Assembly (NCBI GenBank): GCA_951406725.2
Contig: OX597828.1
Span: forward strand, 11,036,001-11,100,000
Source of the DNA: Octopus vulgaris
Taxonomy: Eukaryota
Reading direction: 5' to 3'
Length of the DNA stretch: 64,000 nt
Shown: positions 1 through 13,665 of the stretch, one piece after another
Position numbering within the stretch: the first letter of the stretch is position 1
Layout: each line of letters starts with the position of its first letter
Position numbers and translations under genes: made by a program
Notes under the pieces: generated by a model
What the model was told of the DNA's origin: nothing
The model's database searches: none
What the model saw: only the letters and a program-made list of their open reading frames with translations

Positions 1-30
1 CTGCCTTAACCACTGAGCCATTGCGCCTTC
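1..30 (-). mobile_element. 5' head of tRNA-derived SINE (family C), cut by window edge
   Basis: Reverse complement GAAGGCGCAATGGCTCAGTGGTTAAGGCAG has an A-box and matches the heads at 21121 and 33049. Confidence 0.7.
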
Positions 31-244
31 AGAATCATGAAGACATATACATATATATAAAATACAGGCTACCCCAGAATTAACTATCTGTTTCAATGAA
101 ATCGGGCAAGTTTCAAAAAAAAATTGACAGGATCTTATGTTCAATACTTAACTATAATACCAAAACAGATTTATAAATCTTACTTCTAAACCCTGTGATC
201 TGTCTGTATGCCCGCAAAAATCAAATCTATCTTTAGCGTTGCAA

Positions 245-832
245 AACGTTCCTTGAACTCGGCTTCTCAATGTTTCTCTTGCATATCAACACAGAATTGT
301 TTGCGCTTTCGCTTTTCATTTGCAGTTATGGCCTGAACGAGCTGCAGCTTGTAGGGTTTAAATGGCAAAGTGTTTCCTCAGGACGCGCCAAACTTTCGTT
401 GGAGAAACCTGTGTTTTCAAACTTGTTTTTCTTATAGACTTCTTGGGGCTTCGCAAGAGATTTTGGCGAACCAGCTCGACCGTCTTTTCCGATGTTTGTG
501 GTCGTCCAGATCCTTTTGCCCTGCACAGACAGTCTCCCTCTTTGAATTTTTTCTACCATGTCCAAATCTGCATTGCCGTTGACGACTTTTTAGAGAACTC
601 TCCCACAAATGCACGCCGCACAGTCCTGTTCGACTGTGTTGGAGCATACTCCAACACACGAAACGCATTTTCTCTCCTAGTGAATGCCATTTCTATACCT
701 GAAAAGGTAAATATATCATATATTAAGCATACACTTTTGACCTGTTTCTACGCATGCTGTTAAAATTGAAAGTCATTGGGAACAAGAACCTGCAAAGTTA
801 ATAGAGATATGAATTTTTTTTGAAACACCCTA
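245..832 (-). mobile_element. Decayed Tc1/mariner-superfamily transposon 5' part (DUF4817-like HTH transposase N-terminus)
   Basis: From ATG at 690 (-): MAFTRRENAFRVLEYAPTQSNRTVRRAF...IWTW*KKFKEGDCLCRAKGSGRPQTSEKTVELVRQNLLRSPKKSIRKTSLKTQVSPTKVWRVLRK, frameshift, KPYKLQLVQAIT; TIR-like TATAGGGTGTTTCAAAAA at about 815-832. Confidence 0.8.
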
Positions 833-901
833 TATATGAAAACTGAAGTGAAGACCAAGTATATAATGTGGGTGGTTAATTAGCAAAAAATATGACAATC
901 C

Positions 902-969
<68 letters not shown>

Positions 970-1134
970 GCACACACACATTCGTTATGTTACAGACAAG
1001 TGTCCTCTACATAGAATACACTTCGAAGCACTCAAGAGATTTGAACTTGAGCCGGTAGATGAGTAAACGTAATATTCTGCGTAAATCGAGTTGCCACACT
1101 CACTTGTCATTACACTTATACACATACAAACGTG

Positions 1135-1775
1135 TGTGTGTGTCAGTTGTTTCCCTTTCCACAGCTTGAAAACCAGTAGTTAGATCCCCCATAACCTAGT
1201 GGTCTGGCAAAGAGAAGATTGAATTTCTACCAGGCTTAAAAAGAAAATAACTTACTGGGGTCGATTCATTTGACAAAAATTTCGGATCTTTTCGGTTTCA
1301 ACGGCAGTTTTTTCTAGCGGTGTCATATGAAATTGTCACCCATAATTATGACCCTAGTATCGATCTATTGCATTTCAAACTGTTTTACGGTTAGGGTTAG
1401 TTAGGGTTAGGGTGAAGGGTATCTTTTTTTCTTCACAAATGTAAATAAACCCAATCTGTTTCTTAAACGGGGGATATATTCATACGGCACAGAATGTTTA
1501 TTACTTCAATGTACGTCAGTGATTGGTTGAAATTGCAGAAATTGAAGAAAAAAACCAACAAATATCTTACAAACTATAGAATTTTCTCAATAAAGCCAAG
1601 AGAAAAAGATGTTTTATAAACACATTCTACCAGTATACGAAATTTTAAATTTTTTAGTTACCTAGAAATTATGTTAAAAACTGTCGTTCGAACCGAAAAG
1701 AACCAAAATTTCTTCAAAGTAATGCCCCAGCACGACCGCAGTCTAATGACCTTGACAAATAAAGAATAAAAGATA
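1135..1775 (+). mobile_element. Old SINE family A 3' half, interrupted by MITE
   Basis: Degenerate match to the family A tail (actggggtcgattcatttgac...gccccagcacgaccgcagtc) on both sides of 1284-1704. Confidence 0.65.
1284..1704 (+). mobile_element. Non-autonomous TIR element (MITE) with internal TTAGGG repeats, copy 1
   Basis: About 29-bp TIRs GGATCTTTTCGGTTTCAACGGCAGTTTTT / AAAAACTGTCGTTCGAACCGAAAAGAACC; 8-bp TSD aaaatttc; homologous to 10415-10838 and 55829-56286. Confidence 0.9.
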
Positions 1776-1824
1776 TTTACATTCATAATATATCAGAGCC
1801 GTATGAATTTCAAACGATCGTAAT

Positions 1825-2022
1825 GAGGGACTAAATGCTTATCGTCAGCGCTTCGGACACCTACCTTTCGACTCTTTACGTACTGAGTTCTAAGTCCACC
1901 GAGGTCAACTTTGCCTTTCATCTTTACAGAATCGATAAAGTACCAGTCAAGAACTGAGATCAGAGAAATTGTCTAACCCCTTGCTTCCCAAAATCGCTGG
2001 TCCTGTGCCAAAGTTTGAAACG
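1825..2022 (+). mobile_element. Degraded SINE family B
   Basis: gaggtcaactttgcctttcatc...gataaagtaccag core shared with other family B copies. Confidence 0.65.
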
Positions 2023-2897
2023 CATTTATGCTACTACATTTCCTGTTTAAATACCAAGTCTGATTACACGATACCTGCTTCTCCCGAGCATTGTTGTTGT
2101 AATTCTATACATATTAACACGTGAAAGGTCAATAATTGTTAAAGCATCCTAAAAGTTTTAAGACCGGTTCAGAAATAGAAATTTAAAAGAGAGAAATAAC
2201 GCAATACTGTAGTCCCAGAAGTGGAAAATCTGCTGCAGCCTCTTATACACTTTAAGGCAATCAATAAAAGGAATATTTTTATATGATTTCATTTTAATGT
2301 AATATTTACATTCACAGAAGCCGAAAGGCGATCGATTCTATGTGTGTCTTCAGTAGGAAATAGAGTTGAATAGAAATCTTTTATAGTTGAAAAATTGAAT
2401 GAGCATGTATTTATTTATTTTTACATTTTTTTATTTATTTATATTTTTGCTATTTCACAGAAATTTCACTAAAATTCCAAAACTTTAAACGTCATATATA
2501 GAAACTATTGATATAAAAATAGCGTAAAAAAAAAAGACATGTGAGTATTTTAGGAACGATATGAGCGATAATTATGGCCACTTATGAAATCAATAAAAAG
2601 AGAAAGCTGAAAACTTTAAATAATAGTTATTTAGAAATCATTGATTTTTACCTTTCAAAATGGCACTTAGTGCGGCCATTTGAAAATAACACTTCGACAG
2701 TGTTTTATGTATGTTCATACTTATACATATACATACACACTCTTAACAGTACCGTATATGATTGCCTGTAACTAACTTTCTATTGAGATGCGTGTTCATA
2801 TATGTGTGCGCATTCGTGGGTATAAGTATGATTGTGTGACAAAAAAAAATATACATGCAGTTTTACGTTTTTATGCATGTATGTATGAATGTATATA

Positions 2898-2955
<58 letters not shown>

Positions 2956-3834
2956 TGTGTGTGTATATGAGCGTATTAATAAAGTGGAGAAATGTAAGGA
3001 GAGAGGAGCTGAATAAACTAGAAGTTCTGTATGTATGCAACTTTAACCGTGTTTGGGCGGGTTCTGTATAATAATATAAGATTACAACAAAGAGCAAGCA
3101 TTTACTGATTTAATACAGGCGACTGTATCCGTATTAGTGAAAACACTACTATTTAAGAAACCTGTTTTATTCTAACTAAAACTACTTAAACTAACAATTT
3201 TACGATCGCATATGCTACCACCGCCACCGTGAACGCCACAATTAAATCTACTCCAGACATTGTCGCTACCACTTTACACTAACTTTGATGATATATTATT
3301 GCTGAATAAGCTCAGTAGTGGCGGTCATGAAACGTAGCAGATTGAACTTACAACAGTGCATTATTGCTTTTTATAGTTTTTACTTCATTTATTTGTTTAT
3401 CTTGATTGACGAACGGAAGAAAAGTGAAAAGTTTAGCTGATCCTAACAAAATTTTTTCTCATGATGTGTGTGTAAGAATGCATAAATAAATTAACGGGCT
3501 TTTTTTCTGAATATCTCTGTTACTTTTGTTTAACCATCGCGGTTTACTACACGGGTTCTAATCATAAATTGACCTTCGCATATTTCTTCGATGAGAAACC
3601 GATATATTTGAGGTTGTTTTGCTCGCATTAAAAGTAGAACACAAAGAAACTTTTAAGGTTTCCTTAATGGTGCAGAGGCTTCTTTAAAGGAGAGTCAGCT
3701 TGTTGGACAAGTTAGTATAAAGATATGGGCTTAGGATTTGAGGGGTGTCCTTACCACCGTTAGAGGCAAAATGAAGATCCTTTAGCGAAGATTTACTTTG
3801 CTTTCTTCATAAATCACTAATTTATATTCTTTTC

Positions 3835-4061
3835 TTTTATTCTTTCATTTGTTTCAGTCATTTGACTGCGGCCATGCTGGAGCACCGCCTTTAGTCGAAG
3901 AAATCGACATCAGGACTTATTCTTTGTAAGCCCAGTATTTTAGTCTATCGGTGTCTTTCACCAAACCGCCAAGTTACGGACACGCAAACACACCAGAATC
4001 GGTTGTCAAGCGATGTTGCAGGGACAGACACAGAAATACAGATATATATATACATACATAG

Positions 4062-4094
<33 letters not shown>

Positions 4095-4250
4095 CGATGG
4101 GCTTCTTTCAGTTTCCGTCTACCAAATCCACTCACAAGGCTTTGGTCGGCCCGAGGCTATAGTAGAAGACAGTTGTCCAAGGTGCCACGCAGTGGAACTG
4201 AACCTGTAACCATGTGGTTGGTGAGCAAACTACTTACCACACAGCCACTC
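3835..4250 (-). mobile_element. tRNA-derived SINE family A (CORE-like centre, internal TA/TG microsatellite)
   Basis: Near-identical to 5585-5970, 23120-23547, 38305-38706, 52550-52908, 56778-57178 and 58522-58914. Confidence 0.9.
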
Positions 4251-4720
4251 TTTCGTCTATATTCAGTTTGTTAGCACATCATGTACGCCATATGCACACA
4301 CACGCGCGCGCGTAGATACACACACCCATGCACACATACAGGACTGACACGCATGTATTTTGATATAGATATATTACAAACACATGCACACACATATGCA
4401 CACAGGTATGCCCACAATCACACACACATATAAATATAGCTATATGTATACATGTTTATGTATGCATATCTATAAATATATACGCATGATCATACATATA
4501 GTTACAAATCGTGCATAAATCATATGTATGTAACACCGATTACTACTGACACATTTGAGAAGTTTGAAATGAAACCTACATTACACATTTTTATCTTGAA
4601 CCCCTTATCGTTAGAGCCATAAATTACATTTACCTCTTTGACCAGGGCTTGTTACAGTTCTGCATGAGCCAATAAGTGTATATTTTATGCTAACTATCTA
4701 GTGTACAATTGTGCGATTCG

Positions 4721-5590
4721 TATCACTTTGGCAAGAAAGTTCTTGGACACTTTTAACATATCACTTTATTAACAATTAAAAAAACAACACAGAACAATCA
4801 ATCCAAAAAGTAATCACCCTCCTTATTGATCACCTTTTGCCATCTTTCAGGCAAAGTTTTGTATCCTTTCATCCAGAAATCGCGTGGTTTTGAATCAATA
4901 AAGTCGTAAAGGAACGATTTCACATCTTCGTTTTCGAACTCTGTATCGCCAATCGCGCGTTGCAAGGCAGAGAATAAGTGGTAGTCAGAAGGGGCATGGT
5001 CAGGAGAATATGGTGGGTGCACTATAATCTCCCAGCCCGCATCCTTCAGCTTCTCCGAGGTCTTCTTTGCACGATGTGCTGGCGCGTTGTCTTGGTGGTA
5101 AATTAACTTCTTCAAATGTGAGAGTTTTTCGGCCAACGCGATCTTTAGACGGTCAATTTGTTCGCAGCAGACATCCCTGTAAACGGTGGTATTGCGTGGG
5201 AGTAGATCCTACATGATCACACCACAGCAATCACACCAAACTGAGATCATAACCTTTTTTTCTTTTGCGGTCCTTTTGGCGAAGGTTTTGGCTGTTGACT
5301 TTTGCTACACCAGGATCATCTGCACCTCACGGAGTACCGTACCCACTTTTCATCCTTAGTGACTACTGACTCCAACATATCGAATCTTCGGCTTCGCCAG
5401 AGCAGAATTTGACAAACAGTGACACGTGCTTGTTAGTTCACTTTAGGTAATTTATGTGGCACCCATTTTCCAAGCTTGCTGCCCTTGCCGAGACGTTGCA
5501 GGTGGTTGATGATCGTGAAATGGGAAACGACGAACTGAACTGCAAGTTGACATGCAGTTTGCATTTGATCGGCTTCAATAATTTGCGCAG
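4721..5590 (-). mobile_element. Decayed mariner transposon
   Basis: KLGKWVPHKL (WVPHEL motif), YHQDNAPAH, HPPYSPDHAPSDYHLF, LPERWQKVI; frameshifted; TIR-like end near 4721. Confidence 0.92.
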
Positions 5591-5970
5591 GAATGGCTGT
5601 GTGGTAAGTAGCTTGTTTACCAACCACATGGTTCTGGGTTCAGTCCCACTGCGTGGCACCTTGGGCAAGTATCTTCTACTATAGCCTCGGGCCGACCAAA
5701 GCCTTGTGAGTGGATTTGGTAGACGGAAACTGAAAGACGCCCGTCGTATATATATATATATATATTTGCGTGTATGTTTGTGTGTCTGTGTTTGACCAAT
5801 CCAACATCGCTTGACAACTGATGCTGGTGTGTTTATGTCCCCGTCACTTAGCGATAGAATAAGTACTGGGCTTACAAAGAATAAGTCCCGGGGTCGAGTT
5901 GCTCGAGTAAAGGCGGTGCTTCTGCATGGCCGCAGTCAAATGACTGAAACAAGTAAAAGAGTACAAGAGT
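5585..5970 (+). mobile_element. SINE family A
   Basis: A-box TGGCTGTGTGGT, B-box GGTTCAGTCCC, accttgggcaagt CORE-like motif, tail gactgaaacaagtaaaaga. Confidence 0.92.
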
Positions 5971-7004
5971 AATTACTCGTCCAAGAGCTTTCTTATCAAT
6001 GTAATACATTGTCACTGCAACACGCTGCGATTTGCTAATTGGAAAAGATACATATTTCTTGATATCAATCTCTAGTCCATTTCTCATTACGTACCACGGG
6101 AATAGAAATATCTTCCAGAACATGAGGAAGCTTTATACAATTGACCCCTGATTTTGTTTAGTATTCGTGGCTGAACTACTATCTTATCGTATACACTTAA
6201 GATAGCCGGCTGTTTCTTTGTCGTATGCATACTACATAAAGGCGTTGTTGCTATTCAGCCCTATATCAAACTTGATTGAATAATCTACCATTAAATGTCT
6301 TAAACTGCGATCATCAGTCCCATCTGTCTGGGTCAGTGTGTATCTAAGCGATACGAGTCGATGTATCTGCTCTTCTTTCAAGTAAACGATAGGACTGATA
6401 TTATTTGAGGAAGAATTGTTAGTTATTTCTAGCAGATCGAGCGACAACGTAGAGGCTCCGTTGTTGCCTTGCATATAGAGATGTAGACGTCACTGATAAC
6501 CTATGATCCAATGACTAATTGGACTTACCATATGAACATGAGCATTCAGAGTTCAACATTATTATGTAATTAAAAGTCGATACTTAGATTAGAGAATCTC
6601 AAGACAACGTGAAAAGACAGTAAAGTAGAAGTTACGTAATTATAAGGAAAATCCATCGACAAAACGACTGAAGTAGACACTATTTCTAACGGAATTATGA
6701 CACTAGAATAATTATAATTGCTTCAACTAATTACTAATTATTAATATTCGATTTTATAAATATATTTCGATGAAAATATGTGTGACTAAAATAATAATGA
6801 TACAATTATTGGAAATATTAAACATTTTGGACAAGATAAAACTTACTGCATATTTTAAATATGAGTTTTAGATATGTAAGTGAAATTTAATTAAGAATCG
6901 ATAGAAAACCGAAACCTTCTCGGAGCCCGCTTTAAGCTCTGCCCACGCGCTACAATTTCAGAAATACCTCCCGTTCGTTATTTATTCTTTCATTCTTCAT
7001 CGAT

Positions 7005-7030
7005 ACATCTCTCTCTTTCTCTTTCTCTCT

Positions 7031-7120
<90 letters not shown>
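7005..7120. repeat. (CT)n microsatellite
   Basis: Direct observation. Confidence 0.95.
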
Positions 7121-7124
<4 letters not shown>

Positions 7125-7253
7125 TTTCCTTTCTCGCTGCATATGTGTGTGTGTGTGTGTATGCATGTATGTATGTATACTGATTTCAAATTTTGGTACG
7201 AAGCCTGCTATACCAGGGAAGGGGTAACTCGATTAGATCAATCTCGGTGTGTG

Positions 7254-7311
<58 letters not shown>

Positions 7312-7312
7312 A

Positions 7313-7472
7313 TAGTTCAAATTCCGCCGAGGTCGACTTTGCCTTTCATCCTTTCGGGGTCGATTAAATAAGCAACAGTTACGCACTGGGGGCGATGTAA
7401 TCGACTTAATCCGTTTGTCTGTCCTTGTTTGTCCCCTCTGTGTTTAGCTCCTTGTGGGTAGTAAAGAAATAG
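7313..7472 (+). mobile_element. SINE family B body without head
   Basis: agttcaaattccgccgaggtcgactttgcctttcatcctttcggggtcgat...gtaaagaaata. Confidence 0.85.
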
Positions 7473-7624
7473 TTATTTCATCTGTGAGAGTTGGGATTTA
7501 TTGGGGTGCGTCTGCATAGTAAGTTCAAGTTTCTATTAACTGTTTTTTTGTGTTGTTTCCAGTTATAATTATTTGTGTGATAGTCTTCATTCGAAAACTA
7601 TCGTGAGTTTTCCTATTATGGGAA

Positions 7625-8776
7625 AACATCAATTGCTGGCAGCTTGTGAGGATTTTCGCTTGACCATCAACTTGAAATGCATTAACCTGTGTGTGGTGCT
7701 CTTTGCAACCCCACTAAAATTTTTGATAAGCGTAAGTTACTTGAGGTTGCTGATTTGTTCATCTACCTTGGAAGCTCTGTACAAAATGATAGAAATCTTG
7801 ATACAGAAATACATCTGCGAATTCAAAGGACAGCAAATGCCTTTGGTGGCTTGGAGTCACGCGTTTGGTGCCAACGACATATAAATAAGAATACAAAGCT
7901 GGCTCTTTTCAAATCCTTTGTCTTACCATCCCTGTTGTATTTCTGTGAAACTTGGACTTGTTATGAAAGGCATTTTAAATTGCTAGAACAAGTCCACCGA
8001 AAATGCCTTCATGGCATTTTAAAAATTAAATGGATTTCTTTTACTCCAAACACAGGTGTCGTTGTATCTGCAGGCATCACCTCAATTAAAGCTATGATTT
8101 TGAGGAACCAAATGAGATGGTGTGGCCATATTGTTTGAATGGCGGATGAACGCATGAGGAAACATGTTTTATGGTGAGCTTGCAGAAGGGAAATGTTATC
8201 CGCATAAACCTAAAAAAAGGCTTAAGTACGGCATAGGGACTACTATGAAGTCACTTGGAATGGATCCAGAAAACATAGAAACCCTTCCTTCGGATCGAGC
8301 TGTATGGTAAACAAAAATGTGGATTGGAGTGAAAGCGTTTGAAGAGGCTTGGATAACGCATGAAAGACACAAAAGATATCTAAGGAGGAATGTTATGATC
8401 GATAAGGTAAATGACAATGACCTTTTTGTGTACGCAGTTTGTGACAGACCATGACTTTCTTTTGCTGGGCTCAAATCTCATTTGCGAACCCATAGAAAAC
8501 GAACCTCCACCAACCATTCCGTCTATATTTCTGTGCATACCTTTTAATGCAGTGTATGCAAGAAGGTTTACAAATCTAACGGAGGTCTCAAAAGACATTT
8601 TAAGATCCTCAAAGATCAGAACTTATCTGCAGATCTTGGTAGTCCAAATCAGATGTGCAGTCTATGTGGGCGTCTTCTCAGAACATTGTCTTATTTAAAC
8701 AGCCACATCAGCAGCTATGGTGGTTTTAATGTGTAGGTACAGGAGGTGGTCAATCTCTGCATAAGGAGTAGACAAC

Positions 8777-8780
<4 letters not shown>
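7625..8780 (+). mobile_element. 5'-truncated RTE-clade LINE (RT C-terminus plus three C2H2-like fingers), pseudogenised
   Basis: FIYLGS, EIHLRIQRTANAFGGL, TKLALFKSFVLPSLLYFCETWT, QMRWCGHIV*MADER; CxxC...H fingers at 8428-8720; ends in (TA)n. Confidence 0.9.
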
Positions 8781-8834
<54 letters not shown>

Positions 8835-9101
8835 TGTTCGTTTTTATGTTCAGTTATAAAAAACAACTTTACATCAATCTGATGGGATACTCTATATTTT
8901 TGTAGAATACAAATTTATCATTGTTTTGCAATGACGATGACGATAAATATGAAGAGTGTTGTTGATAGTGATTTCGAAGTTTCGGACAGCTAAGCCATCA
9001 TCGGACGAGAAAGAGAGAGCGAGAGATATATGCGCAACTAAAGAAACAGAGAAGTAAGAAATTAAAAGACAGAGTGAGAATGTAAGGAAAAAGTAATGAA
9101 T

Positions 9102-9301
9102 ATATTCTGTTGTGTCTGGTATGAACCATTTTCTTTTTGTGCCTTATAATGTAACACACTCACCGCTAAAATTTTTCGCTTATTTCTTATTTTTATTTTC
9201 CGAAAATTTTCGCTGCGTCTTGCAAATTTTTCAAAAGACCTCACTATTGAAAATTTTGCAAGACACAACGAAAATGACTCGCCCCAGACACAACAGAATA
9301 T
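9102..9301. repeat. Small foldback with nested inverted repeats
   Basis: atattctgttgtgtctgg (9102-9119) / ccagacacaacagaatat (9284-9301); inner gtcttgcaaatttttcaa / ttgaaaattttgcaagac. Confidence 0.7.
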
Positions 9302-9404
9302 GCTTCAACACACGAACTCACATAAATCTTGCAAACCAAATCCCTAAATGAAATAATGAATATATAATTCCTTAAAATTCATACACACACACACACACGC
9401 ATAC

Positions 9405-9464
<60 letters not shown>

Positions 9465-10414
9465 GGAGTGTATATGAATATATTGTGCATTTGCATACAT
9501 AACAGTGTTTGTAGAAACATAGGAAAACTACTGAATATATAGGATGGAGTTAATTATAATAATTCTAACAAAAATAGGCACAACGTCATTAATATTGACA
9601 CATCAAAATACAATAAATCGGAGCAATTCTCGGGTTTGTTTTTCGTTTCTGTTCTATCCCGTCACAAATTTCTTTGTATTGGTTTACGTTTTATTTCGTT
9701 TTCTCCTTACTTCGTGTCTGTCTCGTTCATCCTCTTCCTCTCTTGTTCCCCAATTCTACATTGAATCTATCTTTCGTTCACATAGTAATAGCTTGCTTAT
9801 GTATTCATATATTGTGTTTAAAACGGTAATTTTGTTTTCTTTGTAGATAAACACGTAATCGAACCCGCGAACGAATGATCATAAGTCGTACACCATAACC
9901 ACTCAGTATGTAAAGACTCGCACAAATACCGCCTAATACGATTAGAGTTTTTTTACTTCACACGGTAATTCGCAGAATCACATTTTGGTATGAAACTACA
10001 TAGATTACTTCGCTGAGTTTCACGTTTCAACCATTTTCACACAAAGGAATCTTATGAAACTGGATAAAAGACAAAACCACCCGAGTATGAAAGTTAAAGT
10101 CACGATTCAATGAATACCTATACTGTAATAGCAATCCAGAAATATCTTTCGACACAAATTTGTCAAAATACATCTACGGTTTTTACAAAAATAATATTAG
10201 AGCCTACCAAATTATTTGAATATATTTCAACAAGTCAGACTATAAACAGGGCAACAACTGACGTGACATTTACTTCTCAGATGATACAAAGAATAGAAAA
10301 ATTATGGTATTATTGAATCTGATAGATTTTTCAGTCTATTACATAGTCATTACGTGTTTAATTTGTTGTTTTCTAATACTTATAATTCTTAGTCAATATT
10401 TCAATATTAGAGTA

Positions 10415-10838
10415 GGATCTTTTCGGGTTAAACGGTAGTTTTTTCTAGCGGTGTCATATGAAATTGTCACCCATAATTATGACCCTAGTATCGATCTATT
10501 GCATTTGTAGCTGTTTTAGGGTTAGGGTTAGTTAGGGTTAGAGTTAGGGTTAGTGTTAGGGTTAGGGGTGGGAGAAGGTATCTTTTTTTCTTTACAAATG
10601 TAAATAAACCCAATCTGTTTCTTAAACACAGAATGCTTTTTACCTCAATAGATGTAATTGATTGGTTGAAATTGCAGAAATTGAAAAAAAGCAACAAATA
10701 TCTTACAATCTATAGAATTTTCTCAATAAAGCCAAGAGAAAAAGATGTTTTATAAACACATTCTACCAGTATACGAACTTAAAAATTTTTGTTACCTAGA
10801 AATTATGTTAAAAACTGCCGTTCAAACCGAAAAGATCC
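10415..10838 (+). mobile_element. TTAGGG-containing MITE, copy 2
   Basis: GGATCTTTTCGG...CCGAAAAGATCC ends; flanks ttagagta / atagagta; TTAGGG array at about 10516-10567. Confidence 0.92.
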
Positions 10839-11547
10839 ATAGAGTATTTCACTGTTACACAAATTTTGTTTAATAGCGAAAGATTAATCTTCTTGCTCCG
10901 AGGAAGGAGAAACCTTTTTGTTTTTGTTTTTTCTGAAGCATCAGAAAATCGTTCCAAAACACGAGCTGTTTAATTAAGGCATTTAGCTGCGGCTTTCAGT
11001 ATCACCCCAATAAACGGTGAATATTAAATGCAACAAGTTCATCAAGCCTGTCGTTTTCTTCACTACATTTCTGTGCTGTTCTTTTCTCAAACCACCTTAA
11101 GAAACGAGTTTTAATTCTTTGCAATTTTCATTGATTACATATTATGATTTTGCCAGAATTCTTTTGTGCGTAGGTGTTTGTCAATAGTCGCTGCTATGAA
11201 CCGTCTAAAGCTATTCCAAGAAAAAATAAACTTTATATGCAAATAATACTTACTTTAGAATATTAATATATTAAAAAATTCATATTTTAACTTGAGCACA
11301 CGAATAGGAGCTTAATTATACATAGAAAATACATGTAGACAAAAAAATTAACTCATAGGTCCAGGCACACATATGTTTCGAGATAACATATGCAAGCCTA
11401 ATATATGCTGTTCTATAGATGTAGTTAACTTTTGCCTTTGTCATGGAGATCTTTCTAAAACGTTTACACAACTCATATTGTTCTTACTCTGAGAAATTAT
11501 ATTATGCGTGCGTGGACACACACACGTATATAATCACACACGTACGA

Positions 11548-11551
<4 letters not shown>

Positions 11552-11620
<69 letters not shown>

Positions 11621-11778
11621 CATATATATATTTATACATATATAAATATATATTTATATATATATATTCATATATATATATATATATATATATAGTAGAC
11701 ATATATATATATATTATATATATATATTTATATATATATATTTATATCTATATCTATATACATATATATATATATATT

Positions 11779-11840
<62 letters not shown>

Positions 11841-11860
11841 TACATATACATATATATATA
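11552..11860. repeat. Long degenerate (TA)n tract
   Basis: Direct observation; source of spurious YIYI ORFs. Confidence 0.95.
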
Positions 11861-12290
11861 TGGTAGATGACATGTGCAATTGTACAACTCCAGAGAATTC
11901 TTTTCTCCCTCATCAGCTCCCACACTTATTTGTTTTGGCCGCAGACTGCCCTATTGAGATATTACTGGCGCTAGGAAACAATCATGAAGTGGCAAAAAGC
12001 CAAAGGTTTCGACACAGGCCACTGGACCAAATCGATTTATTAATCTAAATTGACCAACAACTTTTATAAAATCTACAGATTCATTCTGACACATTTTCTG
12101 AAAATCTTACCCTCACTCATATGCATACGTTCTTTCCACTAATACTCTCTCTCTCTCTCTCTCTCTCTCGCACTCCCTGTCCGTCTCTCTCTCTCTCTCT
12201 CACTCTGTCCGTCTCTTTCTCTGTCATTATCTCATTACCTCTTTTACTTCCTGCATATATATATATAAATGCATATATATATATATATAA

Positions 12291-12440
<150 letters not shown>

Positions 12441-12756
12441 CATGCATGTGTATGTGAGTGTCCTTTAGGTAATATGTTCGTCTCAACATGAACTGAGACC
12501 AGCAGAGCTAGACAATATTTTGGAACAACTTGCTCTTCACATAATCATGCTCGCTGACCTTTTCATAAATCGTCCACCGTATACAATACTTTCTATGACA
12601 TGCGTAAATGACTTTTAGTTTAATTGGACCAAACCCTATTTATTGTCAGTTGATTGTAAACGCAATATGAAACACCAGTGACAACAACAACAACAACGCT
12701 AACAACAATAACATATGTGGAAAGTTGATTATTACAAATTAAAATAGTGCGTGTAA

Positions 12757-12810
<54 letters not shown>

Positions 12811-12836
12811 GTGTGTGTGTATATATATATAGAAAG

Positions 12837-12916
<80 letters not shown>

Positions 12917-13322
12917 CGAAAGATAGATAGATAGATAGATACACTGCTGTGTCCGGTTTTGTGTAGGTGACAGGCTGTGTGAGAGTAAAAGCAATGATAG
13001 ATACAAGAGTATGCTTTTGTATATATATTAATTATACTTTTGTATAAACGCATATATATATTTATATGATTATATATGTGTGTATATATATATATATGTG
13101 TGTGTGTATATATATATGTGTGTGTGTGTAGCTATTATGAGTGTAGAGATACCGCTAAAAGGGATGTTGTCATCCAAGCTTTGCCGGTTTAATCGATGTA
13201 AAAGTTCAAGAGTCCAGTATGACTTAATAGCATGGGTGTTTATTCTTTAAATAGGCATCAATTAAGTATATTACGGAGATTAATGCTTAATACATTAAGA
13301 TATATGTGTATATTTCAATAAA

Positions 13323-13565
13323 ATATAAGGAAAAAATGGAGAGTTTTAACTCATTAAATTCAATTTATCTGCATTTTGTCAAAATTCTGTATAACCTACA
13401 ACTGTTTCTATAGTTAACTCAGTCAATTACAAATTAATAAATTAAAAATTAAAAACTATCAAATAACTACAATTATAGTTTTTTGCAAGTTTCAAGCTAT
13501 TTCAAGATGCAAGTTATTTTTAAAATTTGATTTGATCAGTTAAAACTCTCCATTTTCTCCTTACA
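13323..13565. repeat. Inverted-repeat (MITE-like) relic with about 40-bp arms
   Basis: taaggaaaaaatggagagttttaactcattaaat / atttgatcagttaaaactctccattttctcctta. Confidence 0.65.
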
Positions 13566-13608
13566 TATATATATACATGTACTTATAAATACATACATAT
13601 ATACACAC

Positions 13609-13665
<57 letters not shown>

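Noticed and set aside
6232-6474. 80-aa non-repetitive ORF, possibly a transposase relic
   Set aside because: No motif I can identify with confidence
10516-10567. TTAGGG run as evidence of a telomere or chromosome fusion
   Set aside because: It lies inside a TIR-bounded MITE present in three copies
11862-12030. CTGATGA (minus strand) and a GAAAC nearby, between TA tracts
   Set aside because: Order and pairing do not give a hammerhead fold
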